Shown: positions 13,960 to 26,048, counted from the first letter of the stretch. The stretch is 64,000 nucleotides of DNA from Octopus sinensis (GCF_006345805.1 NC_042997.1:14508001-14572000), one strand, 5' to 3'. Notes: generated from the letters alone by a model not told the origin. Made by a program: numbers and translations.

Positions 13960-14287
13960 GTTTGGATTTGGTTTGCAAGATTCTTTATATGAGTTCGTGT
14001 GTTGAAGCATATTCTGTTGTGTCTGGGGAGAGTCATTTTCTTTTTGTGCCTTATAATGTAACACACTCACCGGTACAATTTCCACTTATTTCTTATTTTT
14101 ATTTTCCTAAAATTTTCGTTGCGTCTTGCAACATTTTTGATTGTCTTGACTATTCAATAGTCTTGAAATTTTACCGGTGAGTGTGTTACATTATAAGGCT
14201 TAAAAAGAAAATGACTCTCCCCAGACACAACAGAATATGCTTCAACACATGAACTCATATAAAGAATCTTGCAAACCAAATCCAAAC
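13960..14287. repeat. Foldback element (arms 13960-14081 and 14166-14287)
   Basis: ~122-bp inverted arms; same family as 17759. Confidence 0.9.
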
Positions 14288-14693
14288 TTGTATAATGTAT
14301 TTAAAATTACTCTTTTGGTCTTGATGCTGTTAGAATTTTTCATGTGGGTTCTTACAAACTTGTCTGGTAGTGATTTCAAATTTGATGGCAATGAAAGGCT
14401 CCCCACTCCTATTTTTGTTTTGGAATTAGGTTTCTAGGTGACTGATTCAGGAATGAGTGAAGCAATACAGCTGTGTGTGGCGGGTATGCCTGATGTCATA
14501 TGTTTATGTTGAAGTGTGTGGGCAGATAGAGTAAGTACAAGTTGGGTATAGGTTAAAACATGGGGGTGAGAGGACAATTATTTGTACGTTATTCAAATAA
14601 TACAGCTTAGGAACATGCCAATGACTGAACTGGAACTTTGTATCTATTGCTTTCTGGGTTAGAGATCACAGTACATGATGAGTTATCTGTGAC

Positions 14694-15194
14694 CAGTGCT
14701 ACTCAAAGTGGTGGTCCGTAGACTGGTGCTGGTAGATGGTGAGTTTCCAGAAAAGAAAGAAACATTATAAAATGCTTATATAATATTGTATTATTTGTTT
14801 ACAAAATAAATATAAGATATTAAAAATTGTCAACTTTTATTATATTCATTATATATATTGAATGGTTGTATACTGTCAATCTAACAAGAACGTGACAGTA
14901 GGGGGTACACCACCGTTGTATAGCCCTAGGAGGCATCGAATGCCTCCTGATAGCTTCGACACATTTTAACGGTGGTGAACCCTCTACAGTCACGTTCTTG
15001 TTAGATTGACAGTATACAACCATTCTATCGCCCCACCACCGTACATGTCTCTATGAGAGATTTAGAAATTCAATATTTCTTATTATATATATTGTTTACG
15101 GTATAAATTAATATTACTAAGAAATATTACCAGTCCCTGGCACATTGGGAAAAAAACTGCCAGTACGCCACATCAGATAGTTTGAGAAGCACTG
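14694..15194. mobile_element. Old hAT-type MITE with a nested foldback element
   Basis: CAGTGCT(A)CTCAAA ... TTTGAGAAGCACTG terminal inverted repeats; TSD not conserved. Confidence 0.55.
14860..15025. repeat. 166-bp foldback with a 37-bp perfect terminal stem
   Basis: Direct reverse-complement match; inner 9-bp hairpin AGGAGGCAT/ATGCCTCCT. Confidence 0.9.
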
Positions 15195-15634
15195 GTGTAG
15201 ATGATAAGTTGATGTGTGGAGAGAAAGAGAAAGAGAGAAAGAGAGAGAGAGGAGAAGCTAATGAGAGGTGTATAAGGTGAGTGAATGGGGAGGATGTAAA
15301 TGGTGATGTAATGGAATAGGAGTGGTAGGGAGAACTAAAGTTAGATATAAGGTAGATGTGAAGTGAGGTCAAAGGAATGGTGGGAAGGCCCAGTTCAAGT
15401 GAAGATGGAAATAAATACTAGACAAGCATGTGCACACACATATACATATGCAAACACACAAACATACACATACAGATGTATAATGGAAGAAGAAGAAAAG
15501 GGATAGTAGAAAGGAGAATTGAGGAATGCCTATAGTAGGGATGGTCAAATATTGTACAGTACAACATGACTGGAGGTGGATGCGATAGCGGAAGTAGAGC
15601 AGAGAGGACAGCATAGGTTGGAAGAGAGGCTAAA

Positions 15635-15675
<41 letters not shown>

Positions 15676-16184
15676 TATATATACAATGTACATATAACAC
15701 ACATAGTATATACAAGTATTTACATATGATATGTACATGAATATATAAAATTCACAAGGTGGTGAGCTGGCAGAAATGTTAGCACGCCGGGCGAAATGCT
15801 TAGCAGTATTTCGTCTGCTGTTACGTTCTGAGTTCAAATTCCACCATGGTCGACTTTGCCTTTCATCCTTTTGGGGTCCATAATTAAGTACCAGTTCTGC
15901 AGTGAATTATTTATGCAGTATTTATTTCTGGTAATTTGGCACGCCTAAGCGAAAACTTTTGAAAATAACCACGAATGTAATAGGTAGAACTGCATGCATT
16001 TTTGACCTCATGTTGATATCTGGCATGAAGTACTGCAAATTACATTCTGCATAGACGATCATACTGATGATCTACAGATAAATTATGTAAGTAGAATTAT
16101 GTAATTTGTTAATAGTGAAACAATTGTTTATGATTAATCTATATTTTTGTTACTTTTCATTTGTCTTGCTCTCTTATGTTTCAG

Positions 16185-16248
16185 GTGTGCTAAATTTTTC
16201 TGGAGAACAATTCTTAGTGGTTAAGATCATAGCGGATCTTCTTCTAGC
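16185..16248 (+). other. Candidate non-coding 5'UTR exon
   Basis: Strong polypyrimidine tract + tttcag| acceptor, |GTAAGA donor, no ATG inside. Confidence 0.35.
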
Positions 16249-17758
16249 GTAAGAGTTTCCACATAGTGGTAAAAAAATTTCCCCTTATATTTATGTATGA
16301 AATACTATTTACTGAATCTCAGTTTTTTATACGCTAGACCACTGGTCTTAAAATTGATGTTATCAAATTAATATCCAATTTTTCACCCTCATTTTGATTT
16401 TAATTTTATATATATATATAGCATTATTAAATCTCAGAACGAGATGTAAACAGTAATCACTCGACAATGTAAAGTATAATAGCCATCTCAGTATGGCTAA
16501 CCACAAAGGGGGGGTGTTACTGTAGATTTTTAGCCCCAGGAAATCATCGTCTCCAGCTGGCTTTAGACACAATTCCTGTGCCCTTAAGGTATTTGCAAAG
16601 GGAGGCCATCCCTTTCTCGCAAGCCTAAGCGATACGCACCGGACCACGGTTTCGAGATTATTGTCTCTTATCAACGGGCGGTAATCACCGGATCACGATA
16701 AAAGACAAGGCCTGTTTGCAAATATATAAGAGTTTTTCTAGTGACTTCTGCCACTGATTTCGAAAAACTGACGCCAGTCCATTGCAGGTGAGCTGCAAGA
16801 TGCAGGAGGAAAGAGTGAGAGAAAGTTGTGGCGAAAGAGCCAGCAGAAGTTTGCCATTACCTTCTGCCAGAGCTGCGTGGAGCTTAAGCGTTTCGCTCAT
16901 AAACACACACATCGCCCGGTCTGAGATTCGAACCTGCAATCCCTCGACCACGAGTCCACTATTCTAACCTCTAGGCCATGTGCCTCCACATGTAAATACA
17001 TATATAAAGAGAGAGGGGGAGGGAGAGATATATGTATGTCAGACAGCTATCTTCCTAAAAACTTGACACTTTTTGCCATTGGTAAGAAAGGAATGTTAAT
17101 ATTTGTTTTCTCAGTTTAAACAATGTCACAAATTTATAGGAGGTGTATGTAATCATAACAAACTCTATGTATTATTAACTCCTTATTACCTGAGTTCAAA
17201 TATCATTGGAGTTATTTGGTTTATCATCCTTTTGCAATGGATAAAATAAATATCCCTTTTACTTGGACGTGTTGGATAAAATATATATATAAGTAAAATG
17301 CATACCTTCATTGGTCCTAAAAAACCGAATCTTGTCATCATTATCCCTCTCTCTGAATCACAACACAGATTCAAGAAAGCTCTACGTGTTTGCATATCAA
17401 AAGATAACTTAGCCATTCACTAAAAAGATATCAATAAAATAAGTCCCAAACTGAAATAAGTGCTGGCTGATATGTTTGTATAAAATGATAGCTTTGAATG
17501 TTGTGCACCAGCATGGCCACAATTTAACGACTGAACTTGAAGAATAGATACAGAACCAGAGTTGCGAATGTTTAAAATCACACGTATGCATTTTAATTTT
17601 GCAGTGGAAGTGTCTTCGTTGTGGAGATGGTCTACTAGATTGATTTAAATGTTGTTTCAGGCTTTCACTCATGAATTTTTGGCAAATTGTAACTCCAAGT
17701 TTCATTTTTGGATTTGGTTTGCAAGATTCTTTATATGAGTTCATGTGTTGAAGCATAT

Positions 17759-18051
17759 TCTGTTGTGTCTGGGGAGAGTCATTTTCTTTTTGTGCCTTAT
17801 AATGTAACACACTCTCTGGTAAAATTTCCACTTATTTCTTATTTTTATTTTTCTAATATTTTCGTTGTGTCTTGCAACCTTTTCAATAGTCTTGACTCCA
17901 TCCGTTATTTACACTGCGTTCTATTGAAAAGGTTGCAAGACACAACGAAAATTTTAGGAAAATAAAAATAAGAAATAAGTGGAAGTTTTACTGGTGAGTG
18001 TGTTAAATTATAAGGCACAAAGAGAAAATGACTCTCTCCAGACACAACAGA
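17759..18051. repeat. Foldback element (arms 17759-17889 and 17921-18051, 31-nt loop)
   Basis: ~131-bp inverted arms. Confidence 0.9.
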
Positions 18052-18269
18052 GTAACTCCAAGTGTTATAACATTAATTTGATATAACTTTTTGTCCAATC
18101 ACTGCAGAATTGTTTATTCATTATTCTCATATATAATATATTCATTATAATAAAATAATATAAACAATATAATAAAATAATATAAACAATAATATAAACA
18201 TAATATAAATATTATTCATTATTCTACAGCTTTGATAATAATTGGTAAAAAAAAATTATTTTTTTAATT

Positions 18270-19260
18270 AAAAGAAACTGCAATTAGAGCCATTTTACAC
18301 TGCCTGCAGAAAAAAGGGCTGAGTGCAAGGACAGCAGCAAAAGAAATTAATGATATGGAAGACCTAAGAATTGTCAATGAATATGTGGCACAAAACTGGT
18401 TCAGACATCTCAAGAAAAGTGACACCATCCTCTAAGACAAACGAAAGTCAGGGAGACCATCTGTTATGGAAGATTAGGCTTTGCTTGAAATGGTTGAATA
18501 ACAGCCAAGCACAGGCATTCATTCATTCTCAGCAGAACTTGGTTATTCACAAAGCACTATCAGTTAACGCATTCATAAACTTAGCCTTCTGAATAGACAT
18601 TGTTAAGAAGCTTCTGATGAACTGAACAATGACCAAGATCAATGATGAGTGAAAATTTGCAAACAACTGCTGGTAAATCTTTGAGATGTCCGTTTTTGGA
18701 GTTGGGGATCAAAAATAGATCTGTTGTTGTAAACCTAATTATAGAAATCAGTGGCTTTGTTCCAGCCAGATTTCAGAACCAGTTGTCAAACAAGAGCAGT
18801 TTGAACATGTCATGGTGTGTGTTTGGTGAAATTTTGAGGGAGTGTTGCACTTTGAACTCACCCCAGATGGTTACATTGTGAATGCTAACCTTTATGCTCA
18901 ATGCCTGCAGTTAGTGTATGATGCTTTGAAAGCATGCTACCCACAATTGGTCAACTGAAGACGTGTACTCCTACAGCATGACAATGCCCCAGCACACTCT
19001 TCCAATGTGACCAAGTGCAAACTCAAGGAACTTGAGAGGATGCAAGTGCTGCCTCCCCTGCCTACAGTACAGATCTCACACCATCTTTTCCAAGCTATGC
19101 TTCACTTCCTACATGGATGGAGGTTCAGCAATGTAAATGAGGTTGAAAATGGGTGCAAGGAGTTTTTTGCCTGCCTCTAAACAAGCCAAATGATATAAGC
19201 ATGAAATTGAGCTCCTGACAGAATGATGGCAACACACAATAAAATATGATGGAATATATT
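18270..19260 (+). mobile_element. Decayed mariner transposase (boundaries approximate)
   Basis: QNWF....SGRPS, LLQHDNAPAH and C-terminal motifs, with many lesions. Confidence 0.85.
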
Positions 19261-20457
19261 TTAATGAATAAATGGTTTTCATATGTAATTTGATTAAACT
19301 ATTGATTAAAACCTTGAAATGCAAAAGAACTTTAGATTCAACCTGGTAAATATGATGGTTGGAAAGAAGTTTTGCTGGTTTCACAAGTGAAAGGGAATAA
19401 AATTGTAATAGCTGGAAATATTACTGTATTTCAAATATATCCAGCCCCTGCTGGTTGGCAAACGTACATGTAACTTTGACAGGAATGGTGATAACAATAG
19501 TAATAATGGTGATAACAATAGTAATAATTGTGTTAATAATAACAGTGATACAGCAGAATAATTCAGGTCAAGTTAACATTCTTTAATAAAAAAAAAGGTA
19601 CAAAAATGTTAAGAAAGTTATCTCTGTAGGAGTTTTAAACATTTAGACATATAATTACTGGATGATTTTAGCCCTGTCAGGCTTGACTTGAGGTTTTATC
19701 AGCTCAAATTTGATAAGTATAAATAACAAATTGAAATTTTTGTAGTTTTTACAATGGCATGTGTTTGTATTTTTTAATAAATTTGCTGATGCCTTTGCCT
19801 TGGCAATGACTCAGCTGTGTGTCATTCGGCTGATGCATAGATTACTGTAAGCTCAAATGATGAATACTTGATAGTGACTGCACTGAGGGATTTACTGTAA
19901 GATAAAGTGAAGTGGGTACGATGAACAGGTTACTGACATATAAAATAGACTTTGACATATCGTCGTCATCATCATCATTTAATGTTCATCCTCATTGCTG
20001 TCTTCGGTTGAACAGCATGACAGGATCTGACAAACCAGAGAACTGTGCAAAGCTCTGTTGTCTACTTTGGAATGGTGCCTGCAGCTAACTGTCCTTCTTA
20101 ATACCTATTTCTTTATTACCCACAAGGGGCTAAACATAGAGGGGACAAACAAGGACAGACATAAGTATTAAGTCGATTACATCGACCCCAGTGCATAATT
20201 GGTACTTAATTTATCGACCCCGAAAGGATGAAAGGCAAAGTCGACCTCGGTGGAATTTGAACTCACAACGTAACGGCAGACGAAATACCGCTAAGCATTT
20301 CACCCGACGTGCTAACGTTTCTGCCAGCTCTCCGCCTGTCCTTCTTAATACCAACTGGTTTACAGAATGTACTGGGTGCTTTTTTATGTGGCACCATCGC
20401 TGGTGCATTTTACATGGCCTCTCAACTGGGGTGGGGGGGAGTGGTATTGAGGTAGGT

Positions 20458-20797
20458 GACACCAGCCTTGAAGACAAACCAAAGTCAAGGAGACCATCTG
20501 TTATGGAAGATTAGGCTTTGCTTGAAATGGTTGAATAACAGCCAAGCACAAGCGCTCATTCATTCTTAGCAGAACTTGGTCATTCACAAAGCACTATCAG
20601 TTAACACATTCATAAGCTTAGCCTTCTGAATAGACATTGTTAAGAAGCTTCTGATGAACTGAACAATGACCAAGATCAATGATGTGTGAAAATTTGCAAA
20701 CAACTGCTGGTAAATCTTTGAGATGTCCGTTTTTGGAGTTGGGGATCAAAAATGAATCTGTTGTTGTAATCCTAATTAGAGAAATCAGTGGCTTTGT
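20458..20797 (+). mobile_element. Second copy of the mariner segment 18421-18760
   Basis: Direct sequence identity along the whole length. Confidence 0.85.
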
Positions 20798-21606
20798 ATC
20801 TATGTATGTATGTATGTATGTATGTATGTATGTATGTATGTATGTATGTATGTATGTATGTATGTATGTATGTATGTATGTATGTATGTATGTATATGTT
20901 TGTGTGTCTGTGTTTGTCCCCTAACATCAATTGACAACCAATGCTGGTGTTTTTAGCATAACTTAGCAGATCGGCAAAAGACACCAATAAAATAAGTTAC
21001 TAGGCTTACAGAGAATAAGTCTTGGGGTTGATTTCTTTGACTAAAGGCAGTGCTCCAGCTTGGCCTCAGCCACGACATAAACGTATAAAGTGTCAGAAGA
21101 AATACCACAAAGCATTTTGCCCAGCACACAAATGATTCTGCCAGTTCACTATCTTAATAATAGTAATAATAATAATTATTATGAAATTCTTTCTACTATA
21201 AGAACAAGGGGTTGATGTGGTCAACTAATCACTATCTCAAAAATTTTATGGGAAGGGATTTAGTCAACTACATCTACCCCACTGTTCGATTAATACTTAT
21301 TCTATCAACCCTGAAAGGATGAAAGTCAAAGTTGAACTCAGTGAAACCTGAATTTGGAACATAAAGCCAGAAAAATGCCACAAAGCAAGCTCATGATTCG
21401 GCTGGCTTGACACCTTAATAATAATGAGAATAAAAATAATAAAGAAATTGTAAAATGTAAATCTCATTTATATTAGACTAGCTTAAGAGTCACACTCTGT
21501 GTGGACTTTTAATCTAGCTCCTGCAGAGGACTAATTGAGCTTGTAGATCAAAACCAAAGAGAGTTAAATAGCATGTCTATAATGACTATATGCCCCAGTG
21601 GTATAA

Positions 21607-22022
21607 TCTATTAATATAAAATCCGTTCTGGCTGTCTGTGTGTGTGTGTCTTCTAGGATCTCAGGCATCCTCCGTCCGATTGTGCTCAAATTTGATATGT
21701 AGATACTGACAGTATCAGGGCATGTATGAGTCTTGAAAAAATTACAAAAATCGATTCCAGGTGAGAATGCAATCGATAAAGCTGTGGGAACATGCATTTA
21801 AACGCGTAAGTACATCAGCTGTTGCGATCAATACTATGCGTACACGAGAAAAATGCACATGCAGTTTGTACAAAAAAAGCTGGCCTGTTTGGTGTCTCAA
21901 ATTTAGGTTAAATCAGTGTTTCTCAAAGAGGAGGCCTATGGGACAGTCAGATAAGTAGAGAAAATTTGGTTTAAATGTTTGACAACTCAGCACCGTCCAT
22001 TGGACGGGTGGCGTTTTGCTCG
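21607..22022 (+). mobile_element. Non-autonomous Helitron (second family)
   Basis: A|TCTATTAATATAAAA start, hairpin CCGTCC-att-GGACGG, CTCG|T end. Confidence 0.65.
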
Positions 22023-22136
22023 TATGTCTATAATGACTATGATATGTTTATAATGACTATATGCCCCAGTCTATTTTATCAGAGGTTAAGGACAGATGAG
22101 AATTAATTCTGTAATGGAATCATTCTATTGTTCCAG

Positions 22137-22480
22137 TGACAAGTTAAATTCCAACTATTGGACAATTTGTCCCAAAGTTTTTGTCTTGACATAAAATTCA
22201 TGAAGTGAATGTCATTTATCTCCCCACGATCTCTGACACTGTCTGGAAAATGCCACCAAGATGGCATGAATCAGCCAAGCTTTGCCTGCTGGAAATAGCA
22301 GCCCAAATGCTTTTAAATCAGATCCCAATGCTGGATATTCAAGTAACAAATGAAGGGCAGATTTTTAATCCTAGGATCATCCTGATTCCAAGAAGGTATA
22401 ATATGTCTATGTAGAACAAATGTAGGTTGAGTTATTGGTGTCCCAGACAGACAGACAGAATTTTGCTTTTATTATTAAAG
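22137..22480 (-). mobile_element. Degenerate Helitron-like element
   Basis: Reverse-strand TCTTTAATAATAAAAG-(TCTG)n head and GGACAA/TTGTCC hairpin near the far end. Confidence 0.4.
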
Positions 22481-22899
22481 AAGCATTTTTGAATAGAACT
22501 TATTCTTTCTCTCTCTCTTCCCCCTCTCTCCCTCTCACTCCCTTTCTCTCCATTTTTGTCTGGCATTAAATCAGCATGTTAAGCTCTTAGCTAACTTTAA
22601 AGTAAACAAATGGGATTTGAGGCCAAACAACCATTTGTTGTATAAGTGTAACTTCAGGTTGTATACTGTAAATGAAGGAAAAACAAAGGATACGGACTGA
22701 ACTCGAATGTAGTAGAGGAACTTAAATAATGAAATTCAAATTAGATAAATGTAAAAAAATCACAATGAGGAGAAGAAAATTAATGGAAAACATATGTCAT
22801 GTTAGATAAAGAAACAGAGATAAGAGAATTAGACCAAATACAATCTTGCAGTTTTTTTTTTTTTGTATGTGTATGTTATATATATATATCATCATCAGT

Positions 22900-23220
22900 G
22901 AGGGCGCGTGGCTTAGTGGTTAGGGCATTCGGCTCATGATCGTAAGGTTGTGAGTTCGATTCCCGGCGACGCGTTGTGTCCTTGAGCAAGACACTTTATT
23001 TCACGTTGCTCCAGTCCACTCAGCTGGCAAAAATGAGTTGTACTTGTATTTCAAAGGGTCAGCCTTGTCACTCTCTGTGTCACGCTGATTATCCCCGAGA
23101 ACTACGTTAAGGGTACACGTGTCTGTGGAATGCTCAGCCATTTGCACGTTAATTTCACGAGCAAGCTGTTCCGTTGATCGTATCAGCTGGGACCCTCGTC
23201 GTCGTAACCGGCGGAGTCTT
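22900..23220 (+). mobile_element. tRNA-derived SINE family D (CORE-like), sharing its 3' tail with family C
   Basis: TGGCTTAGTGG and GTTCGATTCC boxes; tgtgtccttgagcaagacac core. Confidence 0.85.
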
Positions 23221-23225
23221 TAAAA

Positions 23226-23835
23226 TATCATCATCATCATCATCATCGTTTAACGTCCGCTTTCCATGCTAGCATGGGTTGGACGGTTCAACTGGGGTCT
23301 GGGGAGCCCGAAGGCTGCACCAGGCCAGTCAGATCTGGCAGTGTTTCTACAGCTGGATGCCCTTCCTAACGCCAACCACTCCGAGAGTGTAGTGGGTGAT
23401 TTTATGTGCCACCGACACAGGTGCCAGACGAGGCTGGCGAACGGCCACGCTCGGATGGTGTTTTTTATGTGCCACCAACACAGGTGCCAGACGAGGCTGG
23501 CAGATGGCCACGCTCGGATGGTGTTTTTTATGTGCCACCGACACAGGTGCCAGACGAGGCTGGCGAACGGCCATGATCGGATGGTGTTTTTTATGTGCCA
23601 CTGACACAGGTGCCAGACGAGGCTGGCGAACGGCCACGCTTGGATGGTGTTTTTTATGTGCCACCGAAACAGGTACCAGACGAGGCTGGCGAACGGCCAT
23701 GATCGGATGGTGTTTGTTACGTGCCCACAGCATGGAGACCAGTCGATGCGGTACTGGCTACGGCCACGTTCAGATGGTTTTCTTATGTTCCACCGGCACT
23801 GGTACCACAAACATACAAATTCCATTGATGTTCAG
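23226..23835 (-). mobile_element. Family E retroposon with (TGA)n tail and a 5' array of 63-bp monomers. Other copies at about 130-414, 11450-11690, 23845-24097, 25090-25440(-), 28130-28580(-), 32227-32610, 35970-36210(-), 55075-55590, 60640-61110.
   Basis: Conserved 3' end ggaaagcggacgttaaacgatgatga; monomer starts at 23406, 23469, 23532, 23595, 23658. Confidence 0.85.
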
Positions 23836-24469
23836 CCTTGCCTGACCCCCGTGCCGGTGGCACGTAAAAAGCACCATCTGTCCATTGCATTTTGCCAGCT
23901 CCATCTGGTACCTGTGCGGGTGGCACGTAAAAAGCTCACGGAGTGGTTGGCATTAGGAAGGGCATCCAGCCGTAGAAACACCGCCAGATCAGACTGGGCC
24001 TGATGCAGCCTTCTGGCTTCACAGACCCCAGTTGAACCGTTCAACCCATGCTAGCATGGAAAGCGGATGCTAAATGATGATGATGATGATGATGATGAGA
24101 CAGTTTACAACACATCATCACCATCATTTATTGCCCACTTTTCCATGCTTGCAAGAGTTAAATGGAATTTGTTGAGGTAGATGCTCTTTCAGTCACCAAC
24201 TCTCACACATTTCCAAGCAAGTAAATAGTTCCCATGGCCAGACATAATTTTCAAGTATGATTGGCAAAGAATAATCTTATGTGTACAATGACAATGTTCT
24301 ACTTTCAACTATCATGTGCTGTCTAGTCAACGGTCACTCTGAAACTCCCACCTACCCTATCCCCCCCACACACACAGATACACATAAATATACATATATG
24401 ATGGGCTTCTTTCAGTTTCCATGTACTCACAAGGCTTTGGTCAGACCGAGGCTATAAGAGAAGACACCT

Positions 24470-24622
24470 GTCCTCGATGCTGTGAAGAGGTATTGAATAC
24501 AAGAACACATCTACGTAATTGAAGAGGTATTGAATACAAAAACACATCTACGTAATTGAAAACAAGAACACCTAATCTATGTAATAACCTGCTCGGGTTG
24601 TGGACACAACAATACTGGACAG
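24470..24622 (+). mobile_element. Penelope-like element GIY-YIG N-terminal fragment inserted in a SINE
   Basis: LIYVITCSGCGHNNTGQ matches the NxIYxIxCxxCxxxYIGQT pattern; ~36-bp tandem duplication upstream. Confidence 0.65.
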
Positions 24623-25560
24623 AGAAGTAAGCTTCTCAACAACAAAGCCATGTTTGTGTTTATAGAGGAAAATATGTATCAGGAAACACTATTATAGATG
24701 TATTAGATTAATATTCAAATAAGAGTGAAATACACAGAAAAGTAATAAAAATTATATGCATCTATACTTTAGCTGTTTCAATAAGTTACAGTTATAATAT
24801 CATGAACAACATGCTACACAGTCTAGTACAGTGTTTCTCAACTGGGGTTCCCTGGAATCCTACAGTTCTGCAAAAGGTTCTTAGGGGTTCCACAAGAAAG
24901 AGTGAGATAAGCTAATGGTAATTTCATGATGGTAAGATTACTATACATGTACAACATATTATTAGTTATTATAATATTGTAATATAGACATGATCTTAAC
25001 CTATTATGTTATCAAGAAAATATAACCATTGGGGATATATTTAATGATGTCAGTAATTTATGGACACCCTATATATATATATAATCATCATCATCATCAT
25101 CGTTGTTTAACGTCCGCTTTCCATGCTGGCATGGGTTGGACAGTCTGACTGAGGTCTGGCAAGTCAGAAAGCTGCACCAGGCTCCAATCTGATCTGACAA
25201 AATTTCTACAGCTGGATGCCCATCCTAATGCCAACAACTCCGAAAGTGTAGTGGGTGCTTTTTACATGCCATTGCCATGAGGGCCAGTCAGGCGATACTG
25301 GCATTGACCATGCTTGAATGGTACATTTTATGAGCCACTGACATGGGAACCAGTCAGGTAGCACTGGCGACAAGCACGCTCAAATGGTGCTTTTAATGTG
25401 CCACAAGCACAGGTGCCAATGCGCAGTACTGTCATCTGCCATGACAATAACTTCATTTGACTCCACAGGCCTTTGCAAGCACAGTTTATTGCACAATGAT
25501 TGAAAAGTACTCTTAAATGGACCAGTTATGCTTCAATGGTGTAGGCCATAGTTACGGTCT

Positions 25561-25601
<41 letters not shown>

Positions 25602-25650
25602 CACACACACATATATACAATTATACATATAAATGCATATATATATGTAT

Positions 25651-25700
<50 letters not shown>

Positions 25701-25977
25701 ATATATACCTATATATATATATATATCTCCTCTTACTTATCTCCTTGTGAAGTCATTCACTCGTGAATTTCATCACACACAACATGGACAAAATTTCTTC
25801 TTAAGAAAAAATACGTATTCAAATAGGTAAAACATAATATCATGAATTGCGATAGCGAAACCAGTCGATATATTAAAAATTATATTAAAACTATGTAAAT
25901 GTGCATATTTTCCTTTTTGAATTTCTTATATATATATATATGTATCTGTAAATGTAATATGTGACAATTATTCGGTA

Positions 25978-26048
25978 GCCATGATAAAACTCTGAGTTTC
26001 GGATACCAAGGTGGAAATTCACGCTGCCATCTCTTCAGTTATCCGGCC
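25978..26048 (-). ncRNA. Minimal type I hammerhead ribozyme motif (Penelope/retrozyme type)
   Basis: Minus strand: gataa-CUGAAGA-[GAU..AUC stem II]-c-GAA-ACUCAGAGU-U-uuauc. Intact core, near-palindromic stem III, GUU triplet. Confidence 0.65.

Noticed and set aside
22900-22972. tRNA genes at SINE heads (also 36288, 34642, 7171)
   Set aside because: A/B boxes are present but the acceptor stem is incomplete and the sequence continues into SINE bodies.
23400-23760. Regularly spaced repeats as a CRISPR array
   Set aside because: The whole unit is repeated with no unique spacers; eukaryotic context; no cas genes.
23250-24044. Long overlapping ORFs on both strands (also 28169-28848, 55108-55577)
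   Set aside because: Produced by a stop-poor 63-bp (multiple of 3) monomer array in a retroposon.
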